Below are positions 23,582 to 37,789 of a stretch of 64,000 nucleotides of DNA, piece after piece. The notes beneath the pieces were generated by a model. The model saw nothing but the letters and a program-made list of their open reading frames with translations. It had not been told where the DNA came from and made no database searches. Every line of letters starts with the position of its first letter. The first letter of the stretch is position 1. The DNA comes from Basidiobolus meristosporus CBS 931.73 (lineage: Eukaryota > Fungi > Basidiobolomycota), in NCBI GenBank assembly GCA_002104905.1, contig MCFE01000074.1, forward strand, positions 62,001 through 126,000. The letters are read 5' to 3'. Made by a program: the position numbers and the translations under genes.

Positions 23582-26500
23582 TGTTATGATCTGCCGCTTG
23601 AATGTTTAAGTTAGATCAGTTTTTAGTCAAATCAGTTAGTATATGTTTAGGTTATCAGTACATCAGTATTATCTATGAAATCAGTAGCATTAGTCAGCAA
23701 ATGAATCAGCAGATCCTTATCAGACAGAAATAGATATATTAAGTAGGATCTTATTGGGTGATGATGATGCAATCAAATGAGTCCTCAGCCACAACCTACA
23801 TTAGGAAATACAATTAGTCAGCAATTGATCTGGCAAAATGTATATAAGGAGCTGCTGGAACCTCAATAAAAATCAGTTCAAGTTTTAGTGAATACAATAC
23901 TAGCTAAACTCCCTATTCCTCTACAACTCTTATACCAAGACTTGTAACATTGGTAGCAGCGATAACCAGAAACCTCCCTCCTGAAGAAAGAAGAAACCAC
24001 CCTCAAGATGTCGGACAATCAAGAATGGAAGAATGCCATGCAGCAAATCCTGGCCCAACAGCAACAGCTACTCCAGATCCTCAGCCAACAGCAACAAGGA
24101 ATGACTACCATGGCTCAGAGCCAGCAAAGCCCTGTCAAGAGCAACTTTAGTGTGAAGGTCAACCGGTACCATGGCAGAGTCAATGAAAACCTGGGAACTT
24201 GGCTCTTTCAGATTGAAGAAGCTTTTAAAGCTAAAGGAATTGCTCCAGAGAGCAAGTTGCATTATGCAGCTTCTTACCTGGCAGATGCAGCTTTACAGTG
24301 GTACCACAGCAAGATCAGGTCAGCTACTATGATGGGATGCTCTACAATCTCTACCTGGGATGAGTTTGTGTCGGAAATTCAGGATGCTTTTGAACCTCCA
24401 CACCAGCAGACACTACTAAGAAGGAAGTTAAAGACACTCAGACAGAAAGGAATGGTGCAAGAATACATCTATGAGTACAGATGTCTACTTGGACAAATTG
24501 AAAGAATGGACCCCTTGGATCAAGTTGAATACTTTATTGATGGGTTGAAAGAAAGAACTCGCAAGGAAGTCAATTACCGAAGACCTCAGACTATTGAAGA
24601 AGCCATCAAGATTGCCGTTGACTATGACTCAGCTATGTTTGGAGTTGGGAAGCCTACAGTGACTAATCAGAAAGGCTATAATCATTATGAAAGAAGACAA
24701 TCAGAAGCAGTACCAATGGAAATAGATGCTATGCAGAAGAATCCCTCCTCAGAAGAATGCAAGAAGAGAGGACTTTGCTTCAATTGCCACCAGCAGGGAC
24801 ATATTGCAAAGTACTGCCCTCAGAGAAGAAATGGACACCAGCCAACAAGAACCTTCAACCATATTGAGTCCCATGAACACAGTAATGTGGAAGATGAGCT
24901 TGAAGAAGACTCGGAACTCACCTTCCATATGACAGAAGAGTACTTGTCCCAAATAACTTCAAACTCAGGGAAGTTATTGTACCTGAATGGAGCAATCAAT
25001 GGAGTACCTGCCAAGATCATGATTGACTCAGGAGCATCGCATGAGTACATGTCAGAGCAATTTGCTTTGAAAGCTGGAATCAACTCAGAACCTACCAAAT
25101 CAACTTCAGTCTCCACAGCTGATGGGAACTCCCACATAATCAACCGTATTACCCAGCCAGTAAGAATGAAGATCAATGACTATGAAGAAGACCTACAGGC
25201 TTATATATTTGGGAACTGCAAGTTTGACCTTGTACTTGGGAAAACCTGGCTATTTTGTCGTAATCCATCAATCAACTGGAGAACCCATGCTACTCAGATC
25301 CAAAAAGACAACAAGACCTATGAGCTATTACCTGCCAGGCTGGATTTCAACTTGGTCAATTCCAGTGTGTGTGAGACAAGTGAACTTAGCAAGACCCAGT
25401 TCTGTAGAGCACTTAGAAAAGGTACCCAGATGTTCCTCATGGCGGTATTACAGGAGGATTCCTCTATCCCAGCACCCCAGCAGGTCCAGACTCTCTTGAA
25501 GAAATATTCAGACGTGTTTCCAGATGAGCTTGTAAGCCTACCACCAGTCAGAGACGTGGATCATGCCATTGACACAGGAGATAGCCCTCCAGTGAGCAAG
25601 ACACCTTACAGAATGAGTCCATTGGAATTGGAGGAAATGAAGAAACAAATTGATCAGCTATTGGAGCAAGGATACATCAGGCCCAGCAAGTCACCTTGGG
25701 GAGCACCAGTGCTTTTTGTGAAAAAGAAGGATGGAACACTTAGGATGTGCATTGACTACAGAGCCCTGAACTCAGTTACCGTCAAGAATAAGTACCCCAT
25801 ACCTCGGATTGATGAGCTTTTGGACCAACTTAATGGAGCCACTATTTTCAGCAAGATCGACCTCATGTCAGGATACAACCAGATTAGGGTGAAACCAGAA
25901 GATATCCCTAAGACAGCATTCAGGACCAGATATGGACATTACGAGTACTTAGTCATGAGTTTTGGCCTCACTAATGCCCCTGCAACATTCATGACGCTGA
26001 TGCAGACTGTCTTTCAGGAGTACTTAGACAAGTTTGTGATAATCTACCTGGATGACATATTGATATACAGCAAGACAGAAAAGGATCACATGGTGCACAT
26101 TGAAAAGGTCTTGAAGAAACTAAGAGAGAACAAGCTATACGGCAAGCTAGCCAAGTGTGAATTCTTCAAGGAACACGTAGAATATCTGGGACACATAGTG
26201 ACTAGCACAGGAGTAACCTTAGACCCCAAGAAGGTGGAAGTAATCAAGAATTTGAAGCAGCCCCATAGCATATCAGAACTCAGATCCTTCCTTGGAATGG
26301 TTTCCTATTATCGGAGATTTGTCAAGTCATTTGCAAGTATTGCAGCCCCTTTAACTGATATCCTCAAGAAAGACAATACCTACAAGTGGGACATAGCTTG
26401 TGAGACTGCCTTCCAGACACTAAAGAATGAACTTGCTAAGCTGCCAAGCTTAAGAATACCAGACTTCAGAAAAGAGTTCACTCTGTGCACAGATGCTTCA

Positions 26501-28519
26501 GATTATGCAATTGGTGGAGTGCTGAGCCAAGAACACGAGGGAAAGGACTACCCTGTTGCCTTTGAATCCAAGAAACTGAACTCAGCAGAACAAAACTATC
26601 CAGTTCATGAGAAGGAGATGCTTGCTATAATACACTGTTTGAAGACATGGAGATGCTATATTGAAGGAGTCAAATGCACTGTGAAGACTGATCATGCCTC
26701 CCTCAAGTATATATTTACTCAGAAGGTACTCTCTAGAAGAATGACAAGATGGAGTGAATACATTCAGCAATTTGACCTGGAGATTGTCTACTGTCCTGGA
26801 AAAAACAACACGGTTGCTGATGCCTTATCAAGATTAGATCAAGTTGCACAACTCAACTTGGTGCATGAATCAGATTGGCCTAGCCTATTACCAAAGTACT
26901 TGGAGGACCAAGCCATTCCTAATGAGGTGGATGAAGATATCAAGAAGATAATCCGTGATGAGGCCAGCAAATTTGTTGTACAGAATGAAACACTCTACCG
27001 AATTGTTGATGGAAGCCCTATTGCCTATTGTCCTTATGTTGCTCGCCTGGATTTAATACATAAGCTACACAATGGATATGGACATCTTGGGATTGAAGGA
27101 ACCTATAGCCTTGTAAAAGCCAGAGCATGGTGGCCCAGAATGAAACAAGACATTGAGAAGCTAGTAAAAACATGCCCAAACTGCCAAATCAATCAAGGCC
27201 AGCCACAAAGAATTGCCGAACTCTTCCCTTTGGAGCCTGTAAGACCATTTGAGAGATGGGGAATTGACTTTATTGGAAGACTGCCAACTACCAGGAAATG
27301 CAACCGTTGGATCCTAGTAGCAATCGACCATGCCACTAAATGGCCAGTTGCTAAAGCTGTACCAATAGCCAGTGAACAAGAAGTTGCAAGTTTCATTTAC
27401 CATGAGATCCTGATGAAGTTTGGATGCCCTGTGGAGATCTTATCCGATAGAGGTGCAAACTTTATGGCAAAGACATTAGAGGCTTACCTGGAAATGCAGC
27501 AGATCAGACACTTGAAAACCTCGGCATATCACCCCAGAACTAATGGAGTCACTGAGCGGTTTAATGGATTATTTGGAAAAATGCTGACCAAGTATGCAAA
27601 TGGAGTTGTCAGTAGATGGGATGAGTATATAGACCAAGCACTCTTTGCATGCAGAGTCAGAGTACACAACACCACCCAGCAATCACCATTTTACTTAGTT
27701 TATGGATGTGAACCAAGGATTCCAGGAGATCTCACACAACCAAAGCTTACAGACACCTTAGAAGATGAACTCAGTCAGCCAAGTAGACACCAGCAACTGG
27801 AACAAAGACGTCAAGAGGCACAGACCAAAGTATCTCAAAGTGCAGAAAAGATGAAGCAGAGATTTGATAAGACTATAGCACCAGAAGCATTGACAGTTGG
27901 GAACTTTGTATTGCTAAGAAACAACACTCGGAAGAAGTTTGAGCCACAATGGACAGGACCATTCAAGATCATCAGAGAATGTCCATTTGCAACTTACCAA
28001 CTGGTGGACAAACAAGGCAATATCCGGGAAGACTTAGTGCATAGGGACAGACTCAAGCTTGCAAGACTTGCTGATAATACTGAACCATCAAGATATTGGT
28101 ATCACAAGAAAAGAGATTCAGGAGAACCCTCTCAACTTTAGTAGGGGAGAATGTTATGATCTGCCGCTTGAATGTTTAAGTTAGATCAGTTTTTAGTCAA
28201 ATCAGTTAGTATATGTTTAGGTTATCAGTACATCAGTATTATCTATGAAATCAGTAGCATTAGTCAGCAAATGAATCAGCAGATCCTTATCAGACAGAAA
28301 TAGATATATTAAGTAGGATCTTATTGGGTGATGATGATGCAATCAAATGAGTCCTCAGCCACAACCTACATTAGGAAATACAATTAGTCAGCAATTGATC
28401 TGGCAAAATGTATATAAGGAGCTGCTGGAACCTCAATAAAAATCAGTTCAAGTTTTAGTGAATACAATACTAGCTAAACTCCCTATTCCTCTACAACTCT
28501 TATACCAAGACTTGTAACA
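23582..28519 (+). mobile_element. Intact Ty3/gypsy element G2 (4938 bp), 4-bp TSD TTAC
   Basis: LTRs 23582-23949 and 28152-28519 (368 bp, no difference seen by eye). PBS TGGTAGCAGCG 23951-23961; PPT AGGGGAGAA 28143-28151; TTAC at 23578-23581 and 28520-28523. Confidence 0.97.
24008..28141 (+). CDS. Gag-Pol polyprotein, 1377 aa, single uninterrupted ORF (gag, CCHC knuckle, aspartic protease, RT, RNase H, integrase; no chromodomain seen)
   Basis: PMEID; [14 protein letters not shown]; MIDSGAS; [15 protein letters not shown]; [16 protein letters not shown]; H..GH/C..C; [24 protein letters not shown]; W.GPF motif. Confidence 0.97.
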   Translation: MSDNQEWKNAMQQILAQQQQLLQILSQQQQGMTTMAQSQQSPVKSNFSVKVNRYHGRVNENLGTWLFQIEEAFKAKGIAPESKLHYAASYLADAALQWYHSKIRSATMMGCSTISTWDEFVSEIQDAFEPPHQQTLLRRKLKTLRQKGMVQEYIYEYRCLLGQIERMDPLDQVEYFIDGLKERTRKEVNYRRPQTIEEAIKIAVDYDSAMFGVGKPTVTNQKGYNHYERRQSEAVPMEIDAMQKNPSSEECKKRGLCFNCHQQGHIAKYCPQRRNGHQPTRTFNHIESHEHSNVEDELEEDSELTFHMTEEYLSQITSNSGKLLYLNGAINGVPAKIMIDSGASHEYMSEQFALKAGINSEPTKSTSVSTADGNSHIINRITQPVRMKINDYEEDLQAYIFGNCKFDLVLGKTWLFCRNPSINWRTHATQIQKDNKTYELLPARLDFNLVNSSVCETSELSKTQFCRALRKGTQMFLMAVLQEDSSIPAPQQVQTLLKKYSDVFPDELVSLPPVRDVDHAIDTGDSPPVSKTPYRMSPLELEEMKKQIDQLLEQGYIRPSKSPWGAPVLFVKKKDGTLRMCIDYRALNSVTVKNKYPIPRIDELLDQLNGATIFSKIDLMSGYNQIRVKPEDIPKTAFRTRYGHYEYLVMSFGLTNAPATFMTLMQTVFQEYLDKFVIIYLDDILIYSKTEKDHMVHIEKVLKKLRENKLYGKLAKCEFFKEHVEYLGHIVTSTGVTLDPKKVEVIKNLKQPHSISELRSFLGMVSYYRRFVKSFASIAAPLTDILKKDNTYKWDIACETAFQTLKNELAKLPSLRIPDFRKEFTLCTDASDYAIGGVLSQEHEGKDYPVAFESKKLNSAEQNYPVHEKEMLAIIHCLKTWRCYIEGVKCTVKTDHASLKYIFTQKVLSRRMTRWSEYIQQFDLEIVYCPGKNNTVADALSRLDQVAQLNLVHESDWPSLLPKYLEDQAIPNEVDEDIKKIIRDEASKFVVQNETLYRIVDGSPIAYCPYVARLDLIHKLHNGYGHLGIEGTYSLVKARAWWPRMKQDIEKLVKTCPNCQINQGQPQRIAELFPLEPVRPFERWGIDFIGRLPTTRKCNRWILVAIDHATKWPVAKAVPIASEQEVASFIYHEILMKFGCPVEILSDRGANFMAKTLEAYLEMQQIRHLKTSAYHPRTNGVTERFNGLFGKMLTKYANGVVSRWDEYIDQALFACRVRVHNTTQQSPFYLVYGCEPRIPGDLTQPKLTDTLEDELSQPSRHQQLEQRRQEAQTKVSQSAEKMKQRFDKTIAPEALTVGNFVLLRNNTRKKFEPQWTGPFKIIRECPFATYQLVDKQGNIREDLVHRDRLKLARLADNTEPSRYWYHKKRDSGEPSQL

Positions 28520-31294
28520 TTACTACTGAAGCATTTGGTAGTGATTCACTGAGCACACCTAAACTACTTCCTTGTTGACTATCCTCTTGGCTACTTGTAT
28601 ATTTGTAGTCATTATTTTGCCTCCTAGTTGATGAGTGCAATGCTGCAGCTTGGCTGCACTTAATTGCTCCAGATGATGCTACTGAACCAGCCTACAGTGC
28701 TATGTACCAACTTGTTCTTTTACTTGCTAAAGGCTCTGGTGGTGGAGACACTTCATGTGGGTCATCATCAGCCAGTTCACCAGAAGAAACTTGCTGATAG
28801 TCAGGTGTAATGGCATGCACAGGCACAACTTGATGCGCTGGCATGGCCCTTGGCTGAGTTTGATGTGATGCTGCTTGTTGACCCAACATGGCTTGCTCCA
28901 ATGTATTTGAGTCTAAATGAGCAGTTTGGCAAGCTCTGGTGGTTTTATTCTGAAGCACATGCATTGACCTGATATGTGTTGACTCCATGCAGGGCACTCT
29001 TGTGAAGGGTGTTGGTTTAATTTGGACTGACATGTGCCGGCATGCTGTAGTAGCAAGGGATGGTAAGGAATCCAGCAAGGCATGCTGGCTCAATCTTGAC
29101 CCTGTTGCCTGCAGTTTGTATTTTTCCTCTTGAAGTTCACCTTCTGATTCCTCCAGGTATTCACTTGCCCTCTGTCTGATACTTGGAACAATTTCTTGGA
29201 TTAGTTTTGTGACATTTCTCTCAGAAGACACTTAGCTCTACTAATATGTCACATAATACATATGTCATTTTAGGCAAAAACTCATTCAAAATCTCTTTGT
29301 TTCCCAAAGTTGATGCACAAATGGATGCATCCAGCCTGTACTATGCAAATTGCGCACAAAATTGTTCCCACGCAGCTTCCTCATCAAATCCCCTCACTCT
29401 CAGCAAATTCTTGATTTCAATACTTGTCTTATTATATATCTTCTTACATACATCTGCTGGCATCTTGATGCAGAACTCATGCTACAGCTTTCTATTCAGG
29501 TTCTTCCATCTCATTTGACTCTCCTAGGTATCTAGTTCTGTTAGATTAATGAGCAGTGCCTAAATATCTGTATGAAGGCTCATCATAGACACTTGGACCA
29601 TACTAAAATCATTTGGCAAGAGCTTGAACAGATCCTATATTGACTTCTCCTGTCCATACTATGCTTGTGAGCTGGGGGATGGGTTTTTTCTGGCTTTTAC
29701 TAAAGATGAGCTGAGACTTGATATAGAGACTGTAGTGACAGATTTGTATACTTATACAGCTGTGTATTGGCATCAACCTGGTCATATATGAAATATATAT
29801 GAAAACTAATGTGATTGATGAATTTTCCATTTATTGTGCATGATATATCTTGGATTGCATTGACACAGAGTGGATCCCATCAATTGCAGATTTCCTATTT
29901 TAATATAGACTTGTGCTTAAAGCATCAATAAAAATACCAAGTTGTTGTCATAGCATGATTTTTGCAATATAATGATGGGAAACATGGCAATTGATGGAGA
30001 TTTAATTATAAAGCATGGAAAATCAGATAAATAAAGCTGATTATGCCAACTCAGTTCAATTCACCTCAGCCCAATCAGCTACCAAATTTTGATGACTTAC
30101 TCATCTGAACGGTCTTTTCTCATCAATTCCATCACTACCACTGGATTTCCCTCTGACACACTAGAGGAGATCTATACCAAGTACTGTGGACCTTCTACCC
30201 CAACCTACTCAAGGAGATCCCTTGTTAAGCTTCTCTGATATTACAAGAACTATTGCCCCACAAGGTTTCATCCACAATTCATGGCAAAAAAGTCCTAAAA
30301 GCTTTCATTCCCAGCTGTCAGCAATGGAGAACCACTTTGCAGAGCATATGAATGACTTAGAGCAAGCTTGAAATACTAGGTTCAGAAGCTCCTATTGACT
30401 TCCATATTTGAGAGTGTTCAGGAACAAGTTCCATATAAGGAGTATTTTGGATAACTTCCCAGTCAGGATTAACAGACCTTCTAGAGGGCAGAGGCACTTT
30501 TATTCTGGACAGTACAAGGCACATTGTGTGAAGTCTCAAGCATTGTCTGACATTGAGGGTGACATCATCTGGTTTAGTTGGCCATATGCAGGAAGTAGGT
30601 ATGACAAAGCACTCTAGGTAAAGAATTATCCAGAATTCAGTAGAGGGGAGAAATGTATGGAAGACCTAGTTTATATAGGAGAGGATTGTCAGAGATTAGG
30701 ATATATTACAGTATATAGGAAGCCAAGCAATGGTGTGCTCAGCAGGAAGCAGAAGCTCTACAATGAGATATTGAATCATTTTAGAGTGAGAATAGAGCAT
30801 ACATTTGGATATCTGAAGAGATTCAGCATATTGGCTAGCATATACAGAGGAAAGTCATTTTTAGGAGAAAACAGTGGAATAGGTCAAGTAGTTAAGATAC
30901 TTATCAATACACAGTATATTCATACAAGAAGGCATCCACTGAGAGAAATGTGTCTGGGGCATTATGACAAGTAAATACAGCAAGGAAAGCACTATTCTGA
31001 GTAACATAAGTAAGATTGGTTAAAATGACCAGCAACTATATCCTTCCGCTGGCATTTTGGTAGAAATTATGGTGCCAGATAGTGCCTTAGAGTGCTGGAT
31101 TGATCCACCACTCTAAGCAGGTTGGCACTATGTAGTACTATCCAATGGAAAAAGTCTACTTTATTATATAATAAAGCTTTAGCACTTTCCTTGTGAGTCT
31201 TTTGCTGCTAAGGAACATGCTGTGGCAGTTTCAGGGTTGATGTGGAATGCCCAGTAAAGTGGCAATATGATCTTGGCAATAATGGATTACCTGT

Positions 31295-34200
31295 CCCTAT
31301 AAAGAATAATTTGGTCCCATGGGTGGATCCAATCCAGATCAGCTGTCAAGATCCTGTTTAGACACTGTCATAACACCAGCAGCTTGGAATCAGTGACCCT
31401 CCTAACAATCACATGATGGGATCACAACGGTGTTTTGCTAATTTCACAACCAAATAAAGGGATGAAACTTGACAACATTTAATTGCACTGTGACAATGTT
31501 TACATGGTATTGTTGTGGCCTTTTGTGCTCTATAACTATTCTAAGTGGTTCCAAATGGCTAGGACTTTCAATTACCTTATATGGCAAGAAACCTGATGGT
31601 ATCTTGATGGCCTCACAGCAAGACTCTGGTGGCCTTATATTGGCAATATGACTGCCTATAGCTGGTTCTGTATAATGCTACCATATCAGTTTACCAAATG
31701 GTGTTCCCTTTTTCTACCTCCCCTTGTGCAATTTATATACTCCACTGTAGAATCACATCTCTTTATTTGCTTACCCACTGATACCTTGGGTATTCCACAA
31801 ATAATTTGAATCAAAAAAAATATGGCCTCTAGCTTACAAACCTCTACAAACATGCACACCTGCCACAATTGACATACTTCTATCACCGCAACTCTATGGC
31901 TTTTTAGTATGATGCGTACAAAGATGTCATATACCTTGTACTGCTGGTAACATATACATCTTGCAAACATATGCTTGGTTGTTGCCACCTCTGCCATGAA
32001 TACCTCCTGAACATCCACAATGAACTTCTTGGTATTAGCTAATGTATTCCTTCCCCCTGCTGGATTCTAGTACCCCTTATAGGTGTGCACTGGCTTTTCT
32101 TTTTGAGAATTCCATATTGAATGGTATAGATGTTGGCTTCTGACCATGATAACTCTGGAATACCTTGATAGAGTTTTCCTGATAAGAATTAGTTGCTTGT
32201 TGCACACACCCAACTTTGCATTTCTTACTGATTACCCATTTATTGGGGCTACTTAGCTTCTTAATACCATATGCATAGGCGTCTCCATGTGCACATTTGT
32301 CCTCAGTATTTCTTCCAACTCTTCCCGGCTATCCTCCATGTGCCAACTCATCACATCCATTGCTGACTTGAAGGTAATATTCTTGATGAGGTTGGGATAA
32401 GGTAGTACCTACAACATGACTTGTCTTGCTATCTCCCCACACATCTGCTCCATAGGAAACTCCCAAAAGGTGAGGTAAGGCCCAATATTCTCCACACACC
32501 ATGCAACAGGGATAAGAGAATGGATCAGTAGTGGCAGAGATTTATGTGTTCAGCTTTATGTTTGTAGTATAGCCACTTAAATCCTGTCACAAAATCCTTG
32601 CACAACAGCTGTAGATGTGTCAAGTTGGCATTGGTGATCTGCTTCTGGATAAATATTCCTACAATGTCCACATATGACTCCCAATGCTTCCAATGTACTC
32701 TTAGTAGGAATGGCTTCAGAATGCTACTTGAGTAAATACATATCCAGCTCATCCAGTCTTTGCATTTACATTGTTGCATATGTGTATGAGTGTTAATTGG
32801 AGCCCGCAATAAGTACTTAGGGCAGCAGATATTCTGTAATATTTTGCCGATTCTTTTCAATTTCTCCAGTATCTCCAAGGACTCATTTAGCTTGAAATGT
32901 CCCATGTACAACTTGGCCATCAGTATAGGGATATTGTTGAAAAGCTAGTGCATTGCTCCCAGTGGAAAGCTTTTGCTCTAACAGATACCCTCTATCTTAA
33001 GTATCTCTGGTTTCCAATTGATTCCAAATTCTGGCCAATGGCTTAAAAATTGTCAACTTTGCTGCAATTGCATTCTAACTTCTGTATGTTCTCTCTGTGA
33101 AAAGATGATGCTCTTAGTGCTGGTGTTTGGGTAATAATAATATGCATGATTTATGGAGTAAATCCCCTGGATCTTACACACTTGACAGCAATACTGTCCA
33201 TTGTGCCCAGAAAACCTGCTGTCTTGCTGATGGCTGGGGTATCTCCAATGCAGATAGTAATATGCGCTTTTAGATGATGGCCATTAAATGTTATTCAGCT
33301 GGAAAGCATACCAAACTCATCTAGCAATGGATACAGGTAGCTATCCAGGTTGGAAATGATTTAGGCCCAGATACTAGTGAGACTAGCATCAGATTATTGC
33401 TCTGATACCATAAGATGGGCAGCAGATTCAGATTGATGAGAATCAGTGGCCAGCAGGATTTGCTGGTAGAGTACATGTTAAATAAGAATCCATCAAGTGC
33501 TAAAGCAACTGCTTGGTCATATATACCTTAAAGTAGCCCTTGCTTCTAGCTGTTTGTAATGCTTCCCATTGAATATATGGGATATGTTTGCACTTAATTG
33601 ATACTGAGTGTAGTACTGTATAGCTTGGCAATGTTTGTCAGACTGCATCAGCTTCCTCAGACAGGGTATGACCAGAATATATTTGGAGTATGGACAGTGT
33701 TTTCCCTCAATGGTGGTGGATTCTTAGCAATTTGGACATATTGCAATGGTAGCATTTTGAACTGCAAATGCCATGCAACTGTTAACACATGCTAGAATCA
33801 GGACAGCCACTGGATCATATGTTGCCAGCTGCATGATGGCTGTCCACTTGTACCATGTACATGGTAAGTTGCATCTCAGTATGATTTTAGCAAGAAGTAG
33901 TAATAAATACTCAAAGCTCCCATTACTAATAATAGTGAATATGCACCACTTGTCTAGCCACAACATTACATCATTCTCCAGTGGATAGATTACCGGACTT
34001 GCCAGGCTCAATAAAGTATCCTTGGCATTTGTTTCAAAGGGTGTTGCCTCATCACATATAGGGATTTGACCAGGCTCACACGTGGTACTGTTGTTAGGGG
34101 AGATAGGCTCAAAATCTAAAAGTGAACCTTCTTTGTTGGTGCTATCACTCTGTGTGCTATATTCAGAAGGCTGAGGTGAGCCTAAAGGCCTCACAAACTC

Positions 34201-35350
34201 ACCTGACTCAGTGTGCACAAGTTGACAATGATGGCCAGGTGCCAATACCAAAGTATCAACTGGCTAGCAAGATAATGTTGGTACGGTAGTGACCAATGAA
34301 TGGTCAAGTACAACTCTGGTGGCAAAACACTGTCCATGATTCTCGTAATACTTTCTATGCTGTCTGCATGCTTCATGGCTGAGAGGCTTGCCACAATAGC
34401 TACATGGTCTTGTTTCTCTTCTCTTACTGCATTGAGTCAAAGTAGTCTTGTCCATGGGGCAAACAGTTTGACCTTCAACAACATAATGCTATTATATCAC
34501 TTTTTGGCCAACACTCATGTGAATTTAAGACAGTCTTGTATTTGAGACATTGCGCCTACATGAGTGTAGATTCACTGATGACCCACCATAGTAAGCATTA
34601 TAAATAAAGTTATGACACCACATACACATGTATATGTAACATTATTTCCCCTTTGGTTTGACTCACTTCCATAAGTATGCTGGCAAAAAATAAACAAAGT
34701 TGTCTGGTTCCCAACCAAGCCCCACCGCTAATGGCAGAAGAAGAAATGCTGGACAACAGCTTGCTTTGACATTCAGTGCAACAAGTGGGGCTACATCCAA
34801 AAAAGGCCTTGTGGACAGTGTGCCCACTGAAGATAACAATGCACACTCTGCAGGCTCTCAGTCAAGTAGGCAATTAAGAACCTCTGCAGAGCCACAAGCT
34901 GACTGTTACACTCATGCAGATGAGAATGAAGCAAACACAGTACCCTCAGTTGAAGATCAGCAAGTAGCCATGATAACATCACCACCACCTATATTAGCAG
35001 GTATGTTGTCAGTTCATGCCAAAGCTACAATGCTGCAATTAGGTTCAGTGGCTGATAGGATAGATGCAATGGCCCAAACAAATTAGGAAATAGTCCAGAA
35101 ACAGGATGAGCAGACAATACATGTAGAGCAATCAATATCCCAGGTAGCAAAAGCAATATCTTTGCTGCAAAGAAGAAACCCAAGTAGCTGAATGTCACAG
35201 CCAATAATTGAGCCATTTCCCAATGTAACAGTAGAGGAACACTGTACAGTCTTGGAAGCACAACAACAGTGCCCATGGATGAAGCCCACAGAAAAATCTT
35301 TCACAGTGTGGGAGGGAGACAATGTGGTGTTTTTACCAAAGCCTAAAAAT
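31295..35350 (-). mobile_element. EnSpm/CACTA-like element, left part: terminus CCCTATA at 31295, decayed Tnp2 transposase on minus (about 31690-34455), divergent accessory ORF remnant on plus (34700-35350)
   Basis: Manual translation of the minus strand gives ALALDGF..SCWPLILINLNL.P, NLDSYLYPLLDE, ICIGDTPAISKTAGFSGHNGQYCC..C, and VENIGPYLTFWEFPMEQMCG, all typical of Tnp2-family transposases. Confidence 0.8.
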
Positions 35351-37083
35351 TAAAAGCACCTATTGAGGAATGTACTAGTTGCCCTAAACTAGTAAATATA
35401 TCACTAGGTATTTTGTGAGTGCTAATCATATATATTAGTATGGATCAGATGTTATTCTTGCTATTATGATCAGATCAATTTACTTGCAGCTCCCAGCTAT
35501 GAGCCATATTGCTGCAAGAGATAACTGCAACCAATATGCTGAGAGAATTGGCTATTTAATGAATTGTACCTGATCAAATCTGATTAAGCCTGTGAAAAGT
35601 TGTGTCAGAACTAAGTGGATGGCCTACTTGGATATACATCTGGGAATAGATGTGATCTGCAGAATGAAGGTTCCTGAGCACTCTAGAGGATGCAAAAAGT
35701 ATGGATATGCTACTTGTATGATCCAGTTCCAGATAAAGTAGGAAAATTCAGCATCAGGAATCTTCAATACTAGATATGGAACAAAAACCCACCACCAATA
35801 AGTTCTCAGTCTCTTAAAGGAGTAAGGTAATACCTAAGCCAGATTTGGACTATCTAGCATACTAGATATGATCCAGCAATCCTACCTCACAAGGATAATG
35901 GAGTATTGTTACTTAGGAAAGCTGCAGAACAGTCCAAGAAAATGTACATACTCAGAGGCAACATCACAATTATGGGGAACAATGAGGTCAACTTATTTGC
36001 AGTGGGAGCTAGAGAAGTGGTACCATGGGCCAACTTAGGGGTTATAGTGGGTCCAGAAGATCATGGACTTGTAAATTTGCACTGTTAATCAAGCTCTATG
36101 CTGGAAAACTCTGTCAGAAGTAACAGTAGCCTATCAGAGCTGTTATGGTATATTTATGCAATTGGAAAGTGCCAAATCAGGTTATACTGTTTAGGCTCAA
36201 TAGTAAATATGAGGCCATAACTATCCTGTTCAGGATGAAACCTCTATGAATAGCTGCCAATCAGGCTGTGGTACTATGGGATACCAAATCAAGCCTATTA
36301 AGATGCAAAGGGAAGATCTGAATACCATAACAGTGATATAAGTCCCAGAAAGTTATGCCTATATTTGAGGATATATATGATCTATCTAAGTCAGTGTTAG
36401 ACGGCAGGAAGCACCAGAAGATGTAGCCTCAGTGGGAGTACAATATCCCAGATGAGGAATGAAGAAGAGCTAGGCTAGACACCATTGAAAGCACTAGCCT
36501 GGAAGTGGAAATACTTGGTCAACCAGTGAGGAATAAGGCAGCTACAATGCTGACCAGTTGTTGGTCTCAGCAGATCATTTATGGAGTATATGAGGAAAGT
36601 TATTATTCAGATCTAGCTATGGATATATGGCGGATAGTTTACGTGAATTAGACTATATAATGGAACTGCAGATTATCCAGATCTAGTGGAGAGACAACTA
36701 CATCTTAGCTTTGCTAATTATTGACCAATTTTACTCAAAAAAGGGACAGCACATAGCCTGAGAATGCAGCTATCCAATGATATAAACTATGCCAGGATAT
36801 GATCAGTGTCTGAAAAGCTTCACTCCAATCAAATGGATGATACTTGTTCATAGATTTTTGTGATGAGGTCAGAATTGAGACTCAAAGCAATTTGATCTGA
36901 AATATGTAATTAGCAGTATGGACTTGTACTTAGTTATTACAGATAACATGCAATACTTAACATATATGGAAGAATACATTAGTCCAATGGTTTAGAAGGT
37001 TAAATGCAGGTTTAATTTCAACCAGAAAATGCACTACATCACAGCAAGTTCATAAGTATATGAATATATTATGTGAGTGGGAG

Positions 37084-37432
37084 TGTTGAAATAATTAGGA
37101 ATCCACCAAATTATTGATCTAGTATGAACTAGCACTAAGTTAAGTGAGGTATTTCTGATTATGAACTTAGAGATTAGTTTTTAAGATATTTGCTAATTTT
37201 TAGGAACTAGTGAGGTACAAAATTTTGGGAATATCTGAAACCTGTCCAAATAAGCTGAAACATGGCACCTGTACTCCTGAGGCTCCCCTAATAATGACCA
37301 AATAGTTACTTGTACATAGTTTTCAGTAAGTATAAATACTCTGTTGCAACTCAATACAATAACAAGCAAATACGATGTAAATCTTCTAACTCTTCAATTC
37401 ACTTACAATATATCACTCTAAATATCTCAACA
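37084..37432 (+). mobile_element. Copia family E 3' LTR with upstream PPT
   Basis: TGAGTGGGAG (37074-37083) followed by TGTTGA...CTCAACA, 349 bp, with a TATAAATA box. Confidence 0.75.
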
Positions 37433-37789
37433 ACTACTTGGTATCACTCAGCAGCTGAAAGCTTACTTAACAGCTCTGGACTAGTCTTAGTCACTGTAGA
37501 AGAGATTTACAGGCCTAGCCTTGCCACTCTGGTCAAGATCAAATTAGCACTTTTACCAAGCATTATGCACTAGCCCAGAAGCTGTTAGAGAATGCTTGTA
37601 AGTGTTGAGTAGCCATCCCTACATAGTGTCATAAATGCATTACTTCCACAGGGTTATAAATACTTAATATACTAGCCCACTTTTTATCAATTCACTCAAT
37701 GGTGCCACATATCTTTAGTTGCTTTTAGAGTCTAGGCTTTGGACAAAGACTGCAGTCTCTCCCTACCAAACTGTAATTTGTATTTCAGT

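Larger units (their letters stand above)
22803..31157 (+). mobile_element. PHIS DNA transposon copy 2, interrupted by gypsy G2; transposase pseudogene 30092-30974
   Basis: Collinear reverse complement of 12661-16063. TIRs AGACTTGTTCCATTG (22803) and CAATGGAAAAAGTCT (ends 31157). Multiple stops; flanks ATA and ACT do not form a TSD. Confidence 0.85.

Noticed and set aside
24068-27396. Short ORFs antisense or out of frame to gag-pol (and similar ones over the copia elements)
   Set aside because: Shadow ORFs of long coding regions, with no independent motifs or start context.
35400-36600. Possible tyrosine-recombinase (DIRS/Ngaro) remnant
   Set aside because: Only a vague resemblance to an HSxR-GAA-like motif on the minus strand; no supporting RT, RNase H or split-repeat structure.
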